DNA of 64,000 nucleotides, taken from positions 8,928,001-8,992,000 of the forward strand of contig JBHGNT010000018.1 of the NCBI GenBank assembly GCA_043228905.1. Reading direction: 5' to 3'. Shown here piece after piece: positions 11,901 to 23,716 of this stretch (its first letter is position 1; every line of letters begins with the position of its first letter). The notes beneath the pieces were generated by a model. It saw nothing but the letters and a program-made list of their open reading frames with translations, was not told the origin of the DNA and ran no database searches. The translations under genes were made by a program, and so were the position numbers. This stretch comes from Azolla caroliniana (taxonomy: Eukaryota > Plantae > Polypodiophyta).

Positions 11901-12867
11901 CCGACTGCACATCATCATCATCAAGAAGACCAAAAAACCTTAAATGTTGTACCAAATCCATCTTGAATAAACTAAAATAAACCTTGAAACTGCAAATTAT
12001 ATGGCCCAGTTTAACCGACTCCCACGATTCAGGTATTATTATTCTAGTATGATATACATATATCCTGATTCCCATCCATCTAGTGCCTGATAGATAATCC
12101 CTACCTAGTATATTCCGATCAATAATTCCCATGACAAATTGAAGATGGAAAACATTATTGATTACATTACCGCCCAATAATGCTTGTTTTGAACATCCCA
12201 ACCTCCCATATAGATGCGGAAATCTTTGAGAGGATCTTGTCTCTCCGTCCGTTTTCTAGCGAGAATTACAAAATCAGTGGTAGAATTTGCGGATCTATTT
12301 GAATCCGCAGAAAAAACGGAGCTATTTGAACCTGTGGAAACAATGGTAGAAAATTAGGACTCCCCAAGAAATTCGGAATCGGAAGAGAAATTTTCAGAGA
12401 ACAGCGGAATAAGAGAGGGCAGGGCAATTAAGGAAAACAATGGGGATTCAAAATATAAAAGCAAAAAACACAGAAGAAAATGCCCATCAGGTTTTTCCAT
12501 GGTAGTCTTTTGGTTACTGAAATATTTGAGGCTACAAAACTAACAGAAATTTGAAGATAAGAAACAGAGAGATCAATGAAATGTAGCTTAATAAACTTTC
12601 GTCTTTTTCTCTTCTTTCCGTTTGTGATTATATAATGTATATTGCCAACAATAGAAAACAGTATAAGTTCATGTTCTAATCAAATCGTGGTGATATATTA
12701 CAATGAAGTCAAGATTGAATTGAGGGGGTAAAAACATTACCTTGATTAAGCAATGGAAAAGCTTGTGAGCAGTAATGGATTGGATGAAGAAGGAAGAAGA
12801 AGAAGAAGAAGAAGAAGAAGAAGAAGAAGCAGAGATTATGAAAATAATGAGCTGCAGAGTATGGCAT
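8910..12867 (-). CDS. Multi-pass membrane protein of the plant At2g12400/At1g71110 (Tweety/prominin-like) family, 523 aa. Exons: 12867-12741, 12331-12171, 11904-11729, 11577-11308, 11164-11106, 10042-10006, 9916-9845, 9770-9470, 9278-8910
   Basis: All introns are GT-AG with consistent phases, giving 1572 nt in total. Family motifs: RTERQDPLKDFRIYMGGWDVQNKHYWASVGYT, DACVAMGEW.ANP...TLKEILPC and PFLLDIVNCNFVRDAF..I...HC. N-terminal signal peptide and several TM helices. Confidence 0.88.
10192..10973 (-). mobile_element. Possible hAT-type DNA transposon relic in intron 5
   Basis: BED-finger-like remnant IQCKYC.HTY.GS..WIKVHLLG (10177-10425). Degenerate CATA..TATG terminal repeats match at ~14/20 positions. 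No TSD found. Confidence 0.4.
10781..10835 (-). mobile_element. tRNA-derived SINE-like relic
   Basis: A-box-like CCTTAGTGGTAA and B-box GGTTCGACTCC at tRNA-like spacing. No cloverleaf. Confidence 0.5.
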
Positions 12868-13869
12868 TATTGCAGACAATAACAGGAAAGGAGGATTGCT
12901 GCTTCCAACAAGAGGAAAGAAGAAGAAGAAGAACATGCAAAAAAGAGTTTTTATTTCATTAGTTATTTCTTGATATGAACAAAAGATTTTGTAACTCCAG
13001 AATCAAAGAAGGGGATTGGGGGGAGAGAGATTTGAACCCGGATGGATGAAGGCCATGGCTATTGTTTCCTTCTCATTTTCAATGAAATCTGTAGCTGTTT
13101 CTCAAACTTGTGTAGCATTAGTGTATTGAGTTTTACATGAGAGAGAAATAGAGTGAGAGAGAGAGAGAGAGAGAAGGTTTGGTGAGAAGAGAAACCGAAC
13201 CTTCTAATGGCCAAGTAAATTAGTCACCAAAGACTTAGAAACTAAGCTTAATTAGTTTCCTAAAGGCTTTTATTAGGAGTTTAGCTTAGCTAGTTTCCTC
13301 AAAGGCTTTTACAAGGAGTTTAACGTCGTCGTGCCACCTACATGAAATATAAGATGATGGAACTTTGAATCAAGTAACTAACCTCACGAATGAATAAGGA
13401 CTACTGTTGTTGGAATGTGTTGGGAGTTGTTTAGACCCTCCTCGAATATGTTGCTCCGAGACATGGTTTCATAAATTGCACTTTATAGCATGCATCTATT
13501 GTGACCTTCTTATGATTAGAATTTCACCGAGATGATTGCAATGCTATATGCTCTCAAATTTGAAGAAAATTATACATGTTCATGTATGTGATCCTAGAAC
13601 CCTATTGATTGTTCACGTTTTTAGATTGCGAACATGTTGGTTTCATGACCACTACTTTTGTGCACCCAAAACAACCCTAAAAAACATGAAGATTTGATGG
13701 TTTTGATTTGTTTACCAATAACAAATGCCATGGCACAATTAGAAACATTTAATGTGCATCAAATAGGTCTCTTAACCAAGACAATTAGGAATAATCGTTT
13801 GGTTTTAGATGGAACCCCCAAAAGTACACTTCTTCAAAGTAACAAAGCAAAACACAAGACACTTCTTTG

Positions 13870-15331
13870 GTGCATAAATATTCATCAGACCCCACTTTTT
13901 TAATCCTATTTGAAAAATTACATATTGACCTTGACGACATGTCAAGACTCCATAATGCCAGAAAGAACCCAACCAAGTATCATTTAATGCAATGCAAAGT
14001 CCCACTTTCAAACAATTATCACCAACTGCAGGCACCCAGAACTGGCTCCACTTGCCTGGCATCAAATTTACGTATTTCTGAATCCTTTGCTCATTTAAAT
14101 GATGCTCTTGAATAAGAAGAACATCAATCCTACCTACCAAAGACTTCCTCAACTGCCGACGGAAAACACTCCTTACTTTACGACAATTTTTGCTTCCTAA
14201 GCCCCGTACATTCCATGAAATAATTTTTAACCTATACATCAATCATAGTTTCCCCCCCTATTCTCCTTTTAGCAAGCGTGACATCTCTACCCTTCCTTCC
14301 ATCCTCGAAGGCTCGTAATTGTCTCTTATTAGAGCAAAGTTCTTTCCCAATCACCTTATGTGAACGCACTAGCATGTGCTTATCTATTGTAGAAACCCTA
14401 TCCGAAGACCTAGCAACAGAAGTGAAATCAACTATATTCTCTCAATCCATGTCAACATTTAGAAGATGTACCTTGATGCCTTCATTGTGTTTAACATCAT
14501 TCACAACTAAGGACATATCAATTTGTTGTACTTCATCGAAAACAATTTCTTTACCCTTATTAGATTTCTTATTAACCTCTGTAACATGTTCCGACGATTG
14601 TACCTGTAAAAGGATGTCCTGCAAATTCTGTTCCACCCGTTGTTCCTTTGTAACATCCACTTTCTTACTGTTGACATCCTTTTCCTATTCTTGCAGGGAA
14701 TGGTAAGGGTTAGCTTCGACTAATATCAATGGGTTAACCAATGTACTCATCGGCTTGAAAACATGTTTTGTAGAAATAGTAGACCAGCCATCATTATTAG
14801 TTGTTGATCGAGGAGGTGGATTGGAATCAACATTTGGGCGTTGCTTTTGACACTCTCGACCTACATGACCAAACTGACGACACACAAGACATTGATTAGG
14901 AAAACCTTGATAATAAACATTTTCCATAACCGGAGGTTTATTGGTAAGCAAATTAGGTAAAGAAATCGATGTCGGCAAACGAACACTTCTTAGGGCGATC
15001 AACTGAACAGCTGGAACCCCACCCACTCTATCTGACCCTGAAGCTTGTCCATCACGCGTAACAATGACTTTTCCTAACAAAGCCCCAATGTGAGGAAGAA
15101 CATTCCTCCACTCTTTCCTCAAACCGGGGAATATCGCCATAAAAATCATAGTAGACTCCTGATCCTACAAAATCTCATCCATGTTAACATTATGTGACCA
15201 TTTATGAAAAGAAATCCACGCACCTTCCGCGCCTGCTTCCTTAATTACTAATAATTTTGTAACCGAGTCCTCATCTGCAAATTCCACATGATAACATCCT
15301 CTAGACATAAATTGAATGTCAAGGATGTTAG
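13870..15331 (-). mobile_element. L1-clade LINE: ORF1 (RRM/DUF4283-like, CCHC knuckle) and N-terminus of the ORF2 endonuclease
   Basis: CLVCRQFGHVGREC knuckle. KIISWNVRGL..LLIQEH..NIYAP are APE endonuclease motifs. Confidence 0.88.
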
Positions 15332-15496
15332 TGTCATGATAACAATCACATCATGTATCGAAAGGATCATGACACTCACATTATGACTTGAAAGGATTTG
15401 AACCCACGACTTTATCGTACACATGTCAAATCTTTAACCATTATATTAATATTCTTATATGTATAGTTTTTACAATATGAAATCTAATATTATAGG

Positions 15497-15777
15497 AATA
15501 TTCTATATTACTCTACATTCTAGAATGACCTAGAATATTCTAGAGTGTTCTATATCACTAGAACCTTCTAGAATATTCTAGAGTGTTCTATATCACTAGA
15601 ACCTTCTAGAATACTCTAGAGATCTTCTAGATTACTCTACATTCTAGGATAACCTAGAATATTCTAGAGTGTTCTATATCACTAGAACCTTCTAGAATAC
15701 TCTAGAGATCTTCTAGATTACTCTACATTCTAGGATAACCTAGAATATTCTAGAGTGTTCTCTATTACTTATAAATA
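15497..15777 (+). promoter_or_regulatory. Tandemly amplified HSE array and TATA box in LTR C
   Basis: Repeated GAAccTTCtaGAAtaTTCtaGAGtgTTC blocks; TATAAATA at 15770. Confidence 0.7.
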
Positions 15778-15816
15778 GGGATCTACCACTCATCCCAAAC
15801 CTAAATTGGTTCAAAC

Positions 15817-17204
15817 TGTCAAGACAAAGAGAGATAGACAGATAGATAGATAGATAGATAGATTATATTATCGTCTTCGGAGGTCAAATATGACCTATGA
15901 GACCAAAAAATATTACATTTCACGTGATACGTGTGAAAGTGAGTAGTGACTCTTGATGTTCAAGAACTTTACCAATGAATGTTGCAATCGAGAGTGCACA
16001 TTGTGGTTGTGAGAGGAATTCATGCAAAGATTGGGCTCGGTCGAAGAGATGTGGAAAGCATGGTCAAATGTGATCAAAGGCAGAGCATTGTATCAAAGTG
16101 TGATACTCAGACTCACGAACTTGTTTAGGGCAAAGTGTGTATAGCCGACCACTCTCATCACTTGTGCCCCAACACCCTGTTTCACATTGCAATGCATGTG
16201 AGCTAAGTCGCATGGAAGCAATAGTTTGAATGGCAGATAACGGTATGGTCTCTAACATGTATCAATGTGTACGGTTTCCCCGTTCTGCAAAGAATATGGT
16301 TTTGTAGTTAGGTGCAACATGTGTAGTATAATGTGTGAAGCGTGAGCCTCCACATTTGTCCCATGTCATGATACATTGGCCTTGCAAGAAGGCCTCATTT
16401 ATAGAGGAATCTAATGATGCATCATGAAGCAAGTGTCTCGCATCCCATCTACCAAACCATTTTTCTATATCTTTCATCCAACTGGAACACAAATTTTTTG
16501 CTTTTATGCGTCTTTTGGATCGTTTTGCTTGCTTCCCATGCAATTCTAGGAAGTCGATATGAGGGACTGTTTTGAACCTTAAGCATGTATTCAACAACCC
16601 TTTCCATGGCCATGATTTCAATGGGAAGCGATCTCGTCTCAAGGAGGAGGTCGGTGTAGAGAGAGAGAGAGATAATTGAAAGAGAATTATTATTGAAGAG
16701 TAAAATGGATTACATAGGAAACCTAAACCGTTGTTCTCTTCTTCTGTTCAGAAACCCTAAATTCTTTTGCTTTCTTGTCGATAAACCCTAACACGTTGCT
16801 CTTCTTTTCTTCAGAAACTCTAATCCTCTACTTTCTATTGCAAAATTCTCCATCATGGTCTTCTGTTCAGAAAATCTTAAATTTGTTCTAAAATGCTGAA
16901 ATTGTTTTTCGTTTAGAAATTGAAAATCGTCTTCTTTAATTCAACGACACTGAAATGTTGTTCCTTTCTTCAAAACCAAACAATATTGATCTTCATCTTC
17001 GAAAATCCTCAATGTTTAGAAATTCTACAAACTTTTCTAATTTCCTTCAGAAACCTTACAATCTATTCTTCTTTCTTTAACTTTTCTTGTTTTTTAGGAA
17101 TCTCTTGTTCTTTTCTTTAGAAACACCAAAACCTCCATCTCTTCTTTAGAAACATTCAAAACCTTCTCCCTCTCTTAAGAAACCTTGGGACATATCTCCC
17201 TCTA
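15817..17204 (-). mobile_element. Nested LTR with PPT (minus strand), itself interrupted by a LINE 3' end
   Basis: On the minus strand, AGAGGGAGATA is followed by TGTCCCAAG (17192) and ends TCTTGACA (15817). Confidence 0.5.
15835..16620 (-). mobile_element. 3' end of an RTE/CR1-like LINE with an (ATCT)n tail
   Basis: RLSSHALQCETG..C..VRESEYHTLIQC C-terminal motif, with the microsatellite at the 3' end. Confidence 0.6.
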
Positions 17205-18891
17205 CACTAATCAGATATGCAAAGATAGATTTCCATTAGAATCGAAGGACAAGAGAAATACTTGAGAAGAAGGAAGAAGAAGGCGATGAGAAGGATCGGG
17301 CTACAGGAGAAGAGGATTGACGGAGGTTAGACCTTCCTTTGGAACAAGAAGAAGACGAAGATAAAGAAACCAAAGGAGCTCCTAAGCTCATCACTCCCAT
17401 GGAGATCGCCATAGCCATAACTCTACTGCTTCTTCTCTGAAAGATTGGGATAAGAAATGAACTTCTTCTCATCACTTCTCCTCTCCCCTCATAAGCTATG
17501 GAGTCCATGAGAAAACAAGAATACATGCGTGTTCTTTCTGAGCTCGACATACTCACGAATAAATTTGTGGCATTAGAGCATGAGAATCAAAGGCTACTTG
17601 GAGACCTACAACACGTGAGCGCCGAAAAAGCTCAACAATATGAAGAGTTATCACAACGGGTTCATCAACTCAAGGAGACTATATTATCATTACGAGAGCA
17701 AGCGTCGGGGGCTCAGAACTCCCCTAGAGAGCCAAAGATCAACCTCCCTGCCAAGTTTGATGGTACGCGGTCCTTATTGCGAGGCTTTTTGAATCAAGTT
17801 CGTCTGGTTATTCAGCTACATTCCAATCGGTATCCAACTGATGCTGCTTGTGTGGGATTAGTGGGAACTTTGCTATGTGGTACGACGTTAGCATGGTTTG
17901 CACCACTTCTCGAGAAGAAATCACCATTGTTGGAGGATTTTGAGGCATTTGTTAAAGAATTTCAAGCTAGTTTCGGAGACACCGACAACACAAGGACAAC
18001 GATAAACAAGATTCGACGGCTCCGACAAGGAGATCGTCCCGCGTCGGCTTACACAGCCGATTTCTGTCTCTTGGCATGTGATATCCCTTGGGATGAGGCA
18101 ACCTTAATGGATCAATTCCGTCAATATTTGCGAAATGATGTCAAAGATCTTCTTCTTACTTTCCCTGAAGATCTGAAGTTGTTTACAGAAGCCATTAGTC
18201 GAGCCGTGCAATATGATAATCGCCTATTTGAGTGACGTTCTGAAAGCCAACAAATGTTACGCCGCCAACCTGAGCAGACTTATGCTTTCGTAGTCGCAAC
18301 GCCTCCACAAGTTTCTAGACCCATTACAAGGGATGGCCCAACTCCAATGGAAATAGAGTCAACACAACGTCGTGGGCCATTATCAGATGCTGAGAACCAA
18401 CAACGTCGAGCGCATTGCCTCTGCTTGTATTGTGGCGGTCCATGACATATAGATGTAAATTGTCCACATAAACCTAGCCGCCAAGTATACCAAGTAAGTG
18501 CCCATGAAAACCCTACATCGAGTTCTATTGTTACTTCTAATAACATAAGTAAACCTCATAGTCCATGCCATGAGAATAGATTTGATTTCTTGAGCCAATT
18601 AGAGGATGTGTTAAACGAGTAAGTCCGTCCAAAATAGGAGCCATTTGGCTAGACCATCCTAGCTATGTAGAGTTAGTTCATAGTCGTGGTTCAATTTCAT
18701 CAAATCAAGTGGGTAGAGTTTTTTCAGCACAAGTCGAGCTTACCACATCTACATGTCATCGAGTCCTAGCCTCTACCCTCCTAGATTTTGGAGCCAACTC
18801 TTGTTTCATGGATCGTGAATTTGCCTTGTCACAAGACATCCTCTTGAATAAGCTTCCCAGCCTAGTAGCTGTGTGAGGCATTGATGGATGT

Positions 18892-19024
18892 TGTCGCGAA
18901 GTTTCGCGAGTACGTGTAGAATTCCAGGCGGGACCATGGGGGTCTTGGACTAGGGAGTGACGAAGCATAGGAAGTCGTGCTTCACCATTTCCGGGACATC
19001 CCAGAAGCACACCGGAAGCAACCG

Positions 19025-19059
<35 letters not shown>

Positions 19060-22000
19060 GGCACGCAACATTGACTCTCACACACGCAAACAACACCAAC
19101 AGAGACACGAATATGCACAACCAAATGTATATGTATTTACAAGACAACGAGATTCAACACCGACTTTGAGTCGGACCTAGGTAGCATGGGATACAACTAT
19201 TGTCTACTACCAAGCCGCCGGTCGGGGGGAGCTCTTGGGTTTGTCGCACTGAGCGGGGTCTTGCACAGAGAACAGGGCAGAAAACCGAAACACTAGATGC
19301 CAAGGCTCGACACACAGAATGACGAAGAAGAAGCAGAAGAGAACAAGAAGAAACCCTAAAACTAGAGAAAAGAAAGAGGAAGAGAGAACGTTTCTTCCTC
19401 TAATGGTATACCCTACTACCAAAAATGGGCAACCTCTTCACCAAGGGCGCTCCCTTCCTTTTATAGAACAAGGAGAGGGATCCGTAGCATTGTGGGATAA
19501 ATCCCTTATTACATGGGATTCTTGTCCCGACTTGATTACTCTTCGGCGCCATAAAGGCGCCCTTGTTATTCTCACTAAATGTACAAGGGTGATTGCACAT
19601 GCTGCACCCCGCCGATGTAGCCAATATTTCCCGGTTTCTGCCTCTGGCCAAAATTCTTCACGACATCCGCCCCCACCAAACCGCACGTCCACCAGTACGT
19701 GCCAAATCCCGTGAAGGGTGAGAGATTTCGGCCGGTGAGAAACCGGTCTTCCGTAATCTGCATCCCAGCTCGCTGCCAGTTTGAACCATCGGCTTCGGTT
19801 ATTCCTTCGCACTTACCTCCCCGTAGGCTCGTTCGACCCATCGATGGGTCCTTCGCCGTGATCTCTGTAGTACGTGTACTTCCGTTGGCCCTTGTTTGGC
19901 TATATGCACGCTCCACTCTCCGCCGTACGTCCGATGTCCTTCGCTTGAGGAACGCCTGTAGTGGCCCGCTTGGCCTCCGTCGACCATTCGTGTTGTCCTG
20001 ATTGCCATCCCATGTTTTTTCGCATTGCCTTCGTCCTCTCGCCGTCACCTTCCTTCTCCATGGTCTTACGTCGCCACGTCGGCTCGAACCGCCAAGGTCT
20101 CCGAAACGGTGTGGAGGATCCTTCTTTGGCCTTCTACGCACTACCTCCGAACCGCGCAACCCATCTTCGCACTCGCCTTTCTGCTCCAGCACCTCCGTGT
20201 GCCGCATATCCTCGTTCGTTGTTTGGCACTGCCTGTGCCGCACTCCGATTCTTTGCACGCCTAGTCGGCCCCTTTCCTGGCCAGATCGTGCATCGCCGCT
20301 CATCCGCATACCGGTGTCCTCTGCATCCGAGGAACACCCCGTAGTAGCCCGCTTGGCCCTTTCCGTCTTGCACTGCCACAACAAGTCCTGAGTCTTCCGC
20401 TTACCATCATCCCCTCGCCCCCACCAGCTTGTCATCCCGGGCTTGCCGTGTCAGTCTTCGCTACTCTAACTGAGATCCCGAGATCTACGAAGCGAGTGTG
20501 GAGAATCCTCCTCTGGACTCCCTTGTCATCCCCCTGACTCCGACCCTGTGCAGTCCACTATGCACCCGTCACCTCGTTCCCTGCACCTCCCTTGTGCTTC
20601 GATCCGGCCCGCGATGGCCACTTGCGAGACTCTTGTTCCTCCCCAGGTGTGCCTTTCCGGCCCGACACACCTCCCCGTGTTTGCCCCTACCGGCTCCTTC
20701 CGAAACCGTAACCGGCCGGTTAGGGTTTTACACTTCGTCCGCCCCCCATCTTACCGACTCCCAATTTGCTATCTCATGTCGCCGGGTCCCGTTCCCTGCC
20801 GCCACCATCCTTCTCCCTAGGTCTCACGCCGACTCCCGTTTGCTGGCCACCGAAGTCTCCGGATCGGTGTGAGGGTCCCAAAGGACTGGACTCTGTTTCT
20901 TTGCTTGCCAAAATTAAGGGTGTCTTTTGTTAGAGTCCTTCGCAACTCTCCTCGTGTCTTCCGCGTAGCCGGGTCCCGCCTTCGTGTTGTTGGGTCCTGT
21001 TTCCCGCCGCCACCAACCTTCTCTCTCGGTCTCATGTTGCCACGTTGGCTGAACTGCCGGAGTCTCTAGTTCGGTGTGAGGATCCCGTAGGACTGGACTT
21101 CCTTATGCCCACTGACCTTGCCGGAAGATCCGAAATGGTCCGTAGCCGCCTCGCCGACCTCATACCTCCTTGCCGTTTGTCGCTTCCTGTCGTCCGATCA
21201 CGTTCTCATGCCGCCACCGTCCTTACTATAGGACTCACGCCGGCTCTCGGGCTGATCGCCGGATCGGTGTGAGGATCTTCGTGGGACCTCGGTTTGCCCG
21301 CCTTGCCGCCGCCACCGTTCTTCCCTCTAGGTCTCACGCCGGCTCTTGTTACCGGCCACCGGAGTCTCCAGAACCAGTGTGTGTAAGGTCGTTGTAGCAC
21401 CGCTCGCCGTCTTTTCACGTTCGCCTGCCGCCACCGATCTCTCCTATAGGACTCACGCCTACACTCGGGCTGACAGTCGGATCGGTGTGAGGATCTCCGT
21501 AGACCGCCCGCCCGTAGTTCTTTGCCTTCGTCCCCTTGCCGCCACCGATCGTCAATCTAGGTCTCACGCCGACTCTCGGCCGACCGCCGGAGTCTCTGGA
21601 ACCGGTGTGAAGGATCCTCCTTGGGCTTGTCGTACCTCTGACCCTTATCCCGGGTCTTCCTTCTTCCACAAGCCGAGAGGGTGGCTCACTCCACACCCTC
21701 TCTGGTGGTACCAACTACTGATTTCCTTCCTTCCGGATTAGTTATCCGGACACACGTCCTCCCTGTTATCGTCCAGGTCTGTTCGCATTGGCCGTTCCGT
21801 TTCCCGCCGCCACCGTCCTTCTCTCTAGGTCTCACGTTGCCACGTTGGCCGAACTGCCGGAGTCTCTGGACCGTTGTGGGGATCCTGTAGGATTGGTTGC
21901 TTTCATCCTCACTCACCTGTGCTTCTTTTGAACTCTTCGCCCTCCTTCTTGCGTACCCGCCTCCATCTCCCATCTCTCCAGGTCTCATGTCGGTGCTCGT

Positions 22001-23073
22001 TGCCGGCTACCTGAGTCTCCGGATAAGACATGGTGTTTCCGTCCCGTAATGATTTGCAGACGCTCGTTCGGGGTATCGCTCCCCAAGCACGTTCGGTGAG
22101 AAGCATCTGGACTTCGATCGATCAAGTGCTGCCTGCACTTGATTCTCCAATGTCCGGAGTTTCGGGTAGCGGTGTCCGAAACCTGCGGGTCTCTCTCCGC
22201 AACCTTGATCGCTAGCTTCCCGATTTGCGGCCTTCGCCTGGCCTGCTTGTGTCGTCATGTAAAAGAGGGCGATTTGTTTCGCACCCTCTTCCGCGTCGGC
22301 ACTTTTGTACCAAACCGAGCCCTACTGATCGGGCTCTATAGCCCGTCCCTAGTCTTTCGCGGGTTGGACCGGTTTCAATCGAGTCATCCACATCCAGATC
22401 ACACTCCATCCGAATCGGAATGCTGATCTTTCTGTGCCGCCTCCATCCTTGGCCTCCTTGCAGGCCGTTTCCCATCCCTCTTCGCTAGCATCGTGCCAGG
22501 ACTCCTCGTCGGCGCCTTCCTTCTGTCTAGTCTCATGTTGGCACACAGGCTCGACCACCGGAGTCTTCGGAATCCGCGTGGAGGGCTCTTCTCCGCTCCT
22601 GACCTTGTGCTCGGTCAACAATTCTCCGCAAGTCGAGAGGGCGTCTTGCTCCTCACCCTCTGCCGTGGTACCGTGGTACCCTCCCTCGGCCTCTGCCTGG
22701 GCCATGTCCGCCTCGTCCGGAAGGCCGACTAGCCCTGGGTCTCCAGAATCCGACTGCGTGCCAGATCTTTCTTCTTCTTCGACCATCACCTTCAGAGCCT
22801 CGTACGCTTCCCGGACCAAGGTTTCTCGCCTCATCACCACTCGTGCAGACTCCAACACCACTTCGGCCACCATCTCCGCATGGTCATCATCTTCCGACTC
22901 CATCCTCCCTTGCCACCTTTCATGTCGGGTTCACCAAAGATGTCGCGAAGTTTCATGAGTACGTGTAGAATTCTAGGCGGGACCACGAGGGTCTTGGACT
23001 AGGGAGTGATGGAGCGTAGGAAGTTGTGCTTCACCATTTCCGGGCATCCCAGAAGCACACCGGAAGCAACTGA

Positions 23074-23109
<36 letters not shown>

Positions 23110-23716
23110 CAGGCACGCAACATTACTCTCACACACGCACACAGCACCAACAGAGACACGAATATGCACAACCAAATTTATATGTATTTACAAGACAACG
23201 AGATTCAACACCGACTTTGAGCCGGACCTAGGTAGCATGGGATACAATTGTTGTCTACTGCCAAGCCGCTGGTCGGGGGGAGCTCTTGGGCTTGTCGCAC
23301 TGAGCGGGGTCTTGCACAAAGAACAGGGCAGAAAACAGAAACACTAGATGCCAAGGCTCGACACACAGAACGACGAAGAAGAAGCAGAGGAGAACAAGAA
23401 GAAACCCTAAAACTAGAGAAAAGAAAGAGGAAGAGAGAACGTTTCTTCCTCGAACGGTATACCCTACTACCGAAAATGGGCAACCCCTTCACCAAGGGTG
23501 CTCCCTTCCTTTTATAGAACAAGGAGAGGGATCCGTAGCATTGTGGGATAAATCCCTTATTACATGGGATTCTTGTCCCGACTTGATTACTCTTTGGCGC
23601 CATAAAGGCGCCCTCGTTATTCACACTAAATGTACAAGGGTGATTGCACATGCTGCACCCCACCGATGTAGCCAATATTTCCCGGTTTCCGCCTCTGGCT
23701 GAAATTCTTCACGACA
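18892..23716 (-). mobile_element. Non-autonomous LTR retroelement (LARD-like): LTRs 18892-19665 and 22941-23716, tRNA-Trp PBS, GC-rich internal region without pol
   Basis: ~775-bp direct repeats bounded by TGTCG..CGACA. PBS TGGTGAACCCGACATGAA at 22919-22936. PPT GGTGGGGGCGGA. 4-bp TSD ATGT/ACGT inside the host protease gene. Confidence 0.9.
20797..22040. repeat. Array of about 8 hairpin-forming repeats (GCCGCCACC..AGGTCTCACGCCG..CGGTGTGAG) with variable spacers
   Basis: Units at about 20797, 21004, 21209, 21305, 21427, 21537, 21803 and 21957. Confidence 0.8.

Noticed and set aside
12335-12500. Alternative start MEKPDGHFLLCFLL.. in frame with exon 2
   Set aside because: An in-frame TAA lies just upstream of the exon 2 acceptor. 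The hydrophobicity is explained by U-rich intron sequence.
12753-12962. Poly-Arg ORF on the + strand, and poly-RE/SL ORFs at 29047-29319
   Set aside because: Translations of (GAA)n and (CT)n microsatellites.
17498-18235. Domesticated PEG10/RTL-like gag gene
   Set aside because: It has a premature stop and sits within a decayed element with pol remnants.
20797-22040. CRISPR array
   Set aside because: Repeats are long and degenerate, spacer lengths are irregular, there are no cas genes and the context is eukaryotic.
19575-22958. Many overlapping 70-290 aa ORFs on both strands
   Set aside because: Expected in GC-rich sequence. No recognisable domains, and they lie inside a non-autonomous LTR element.
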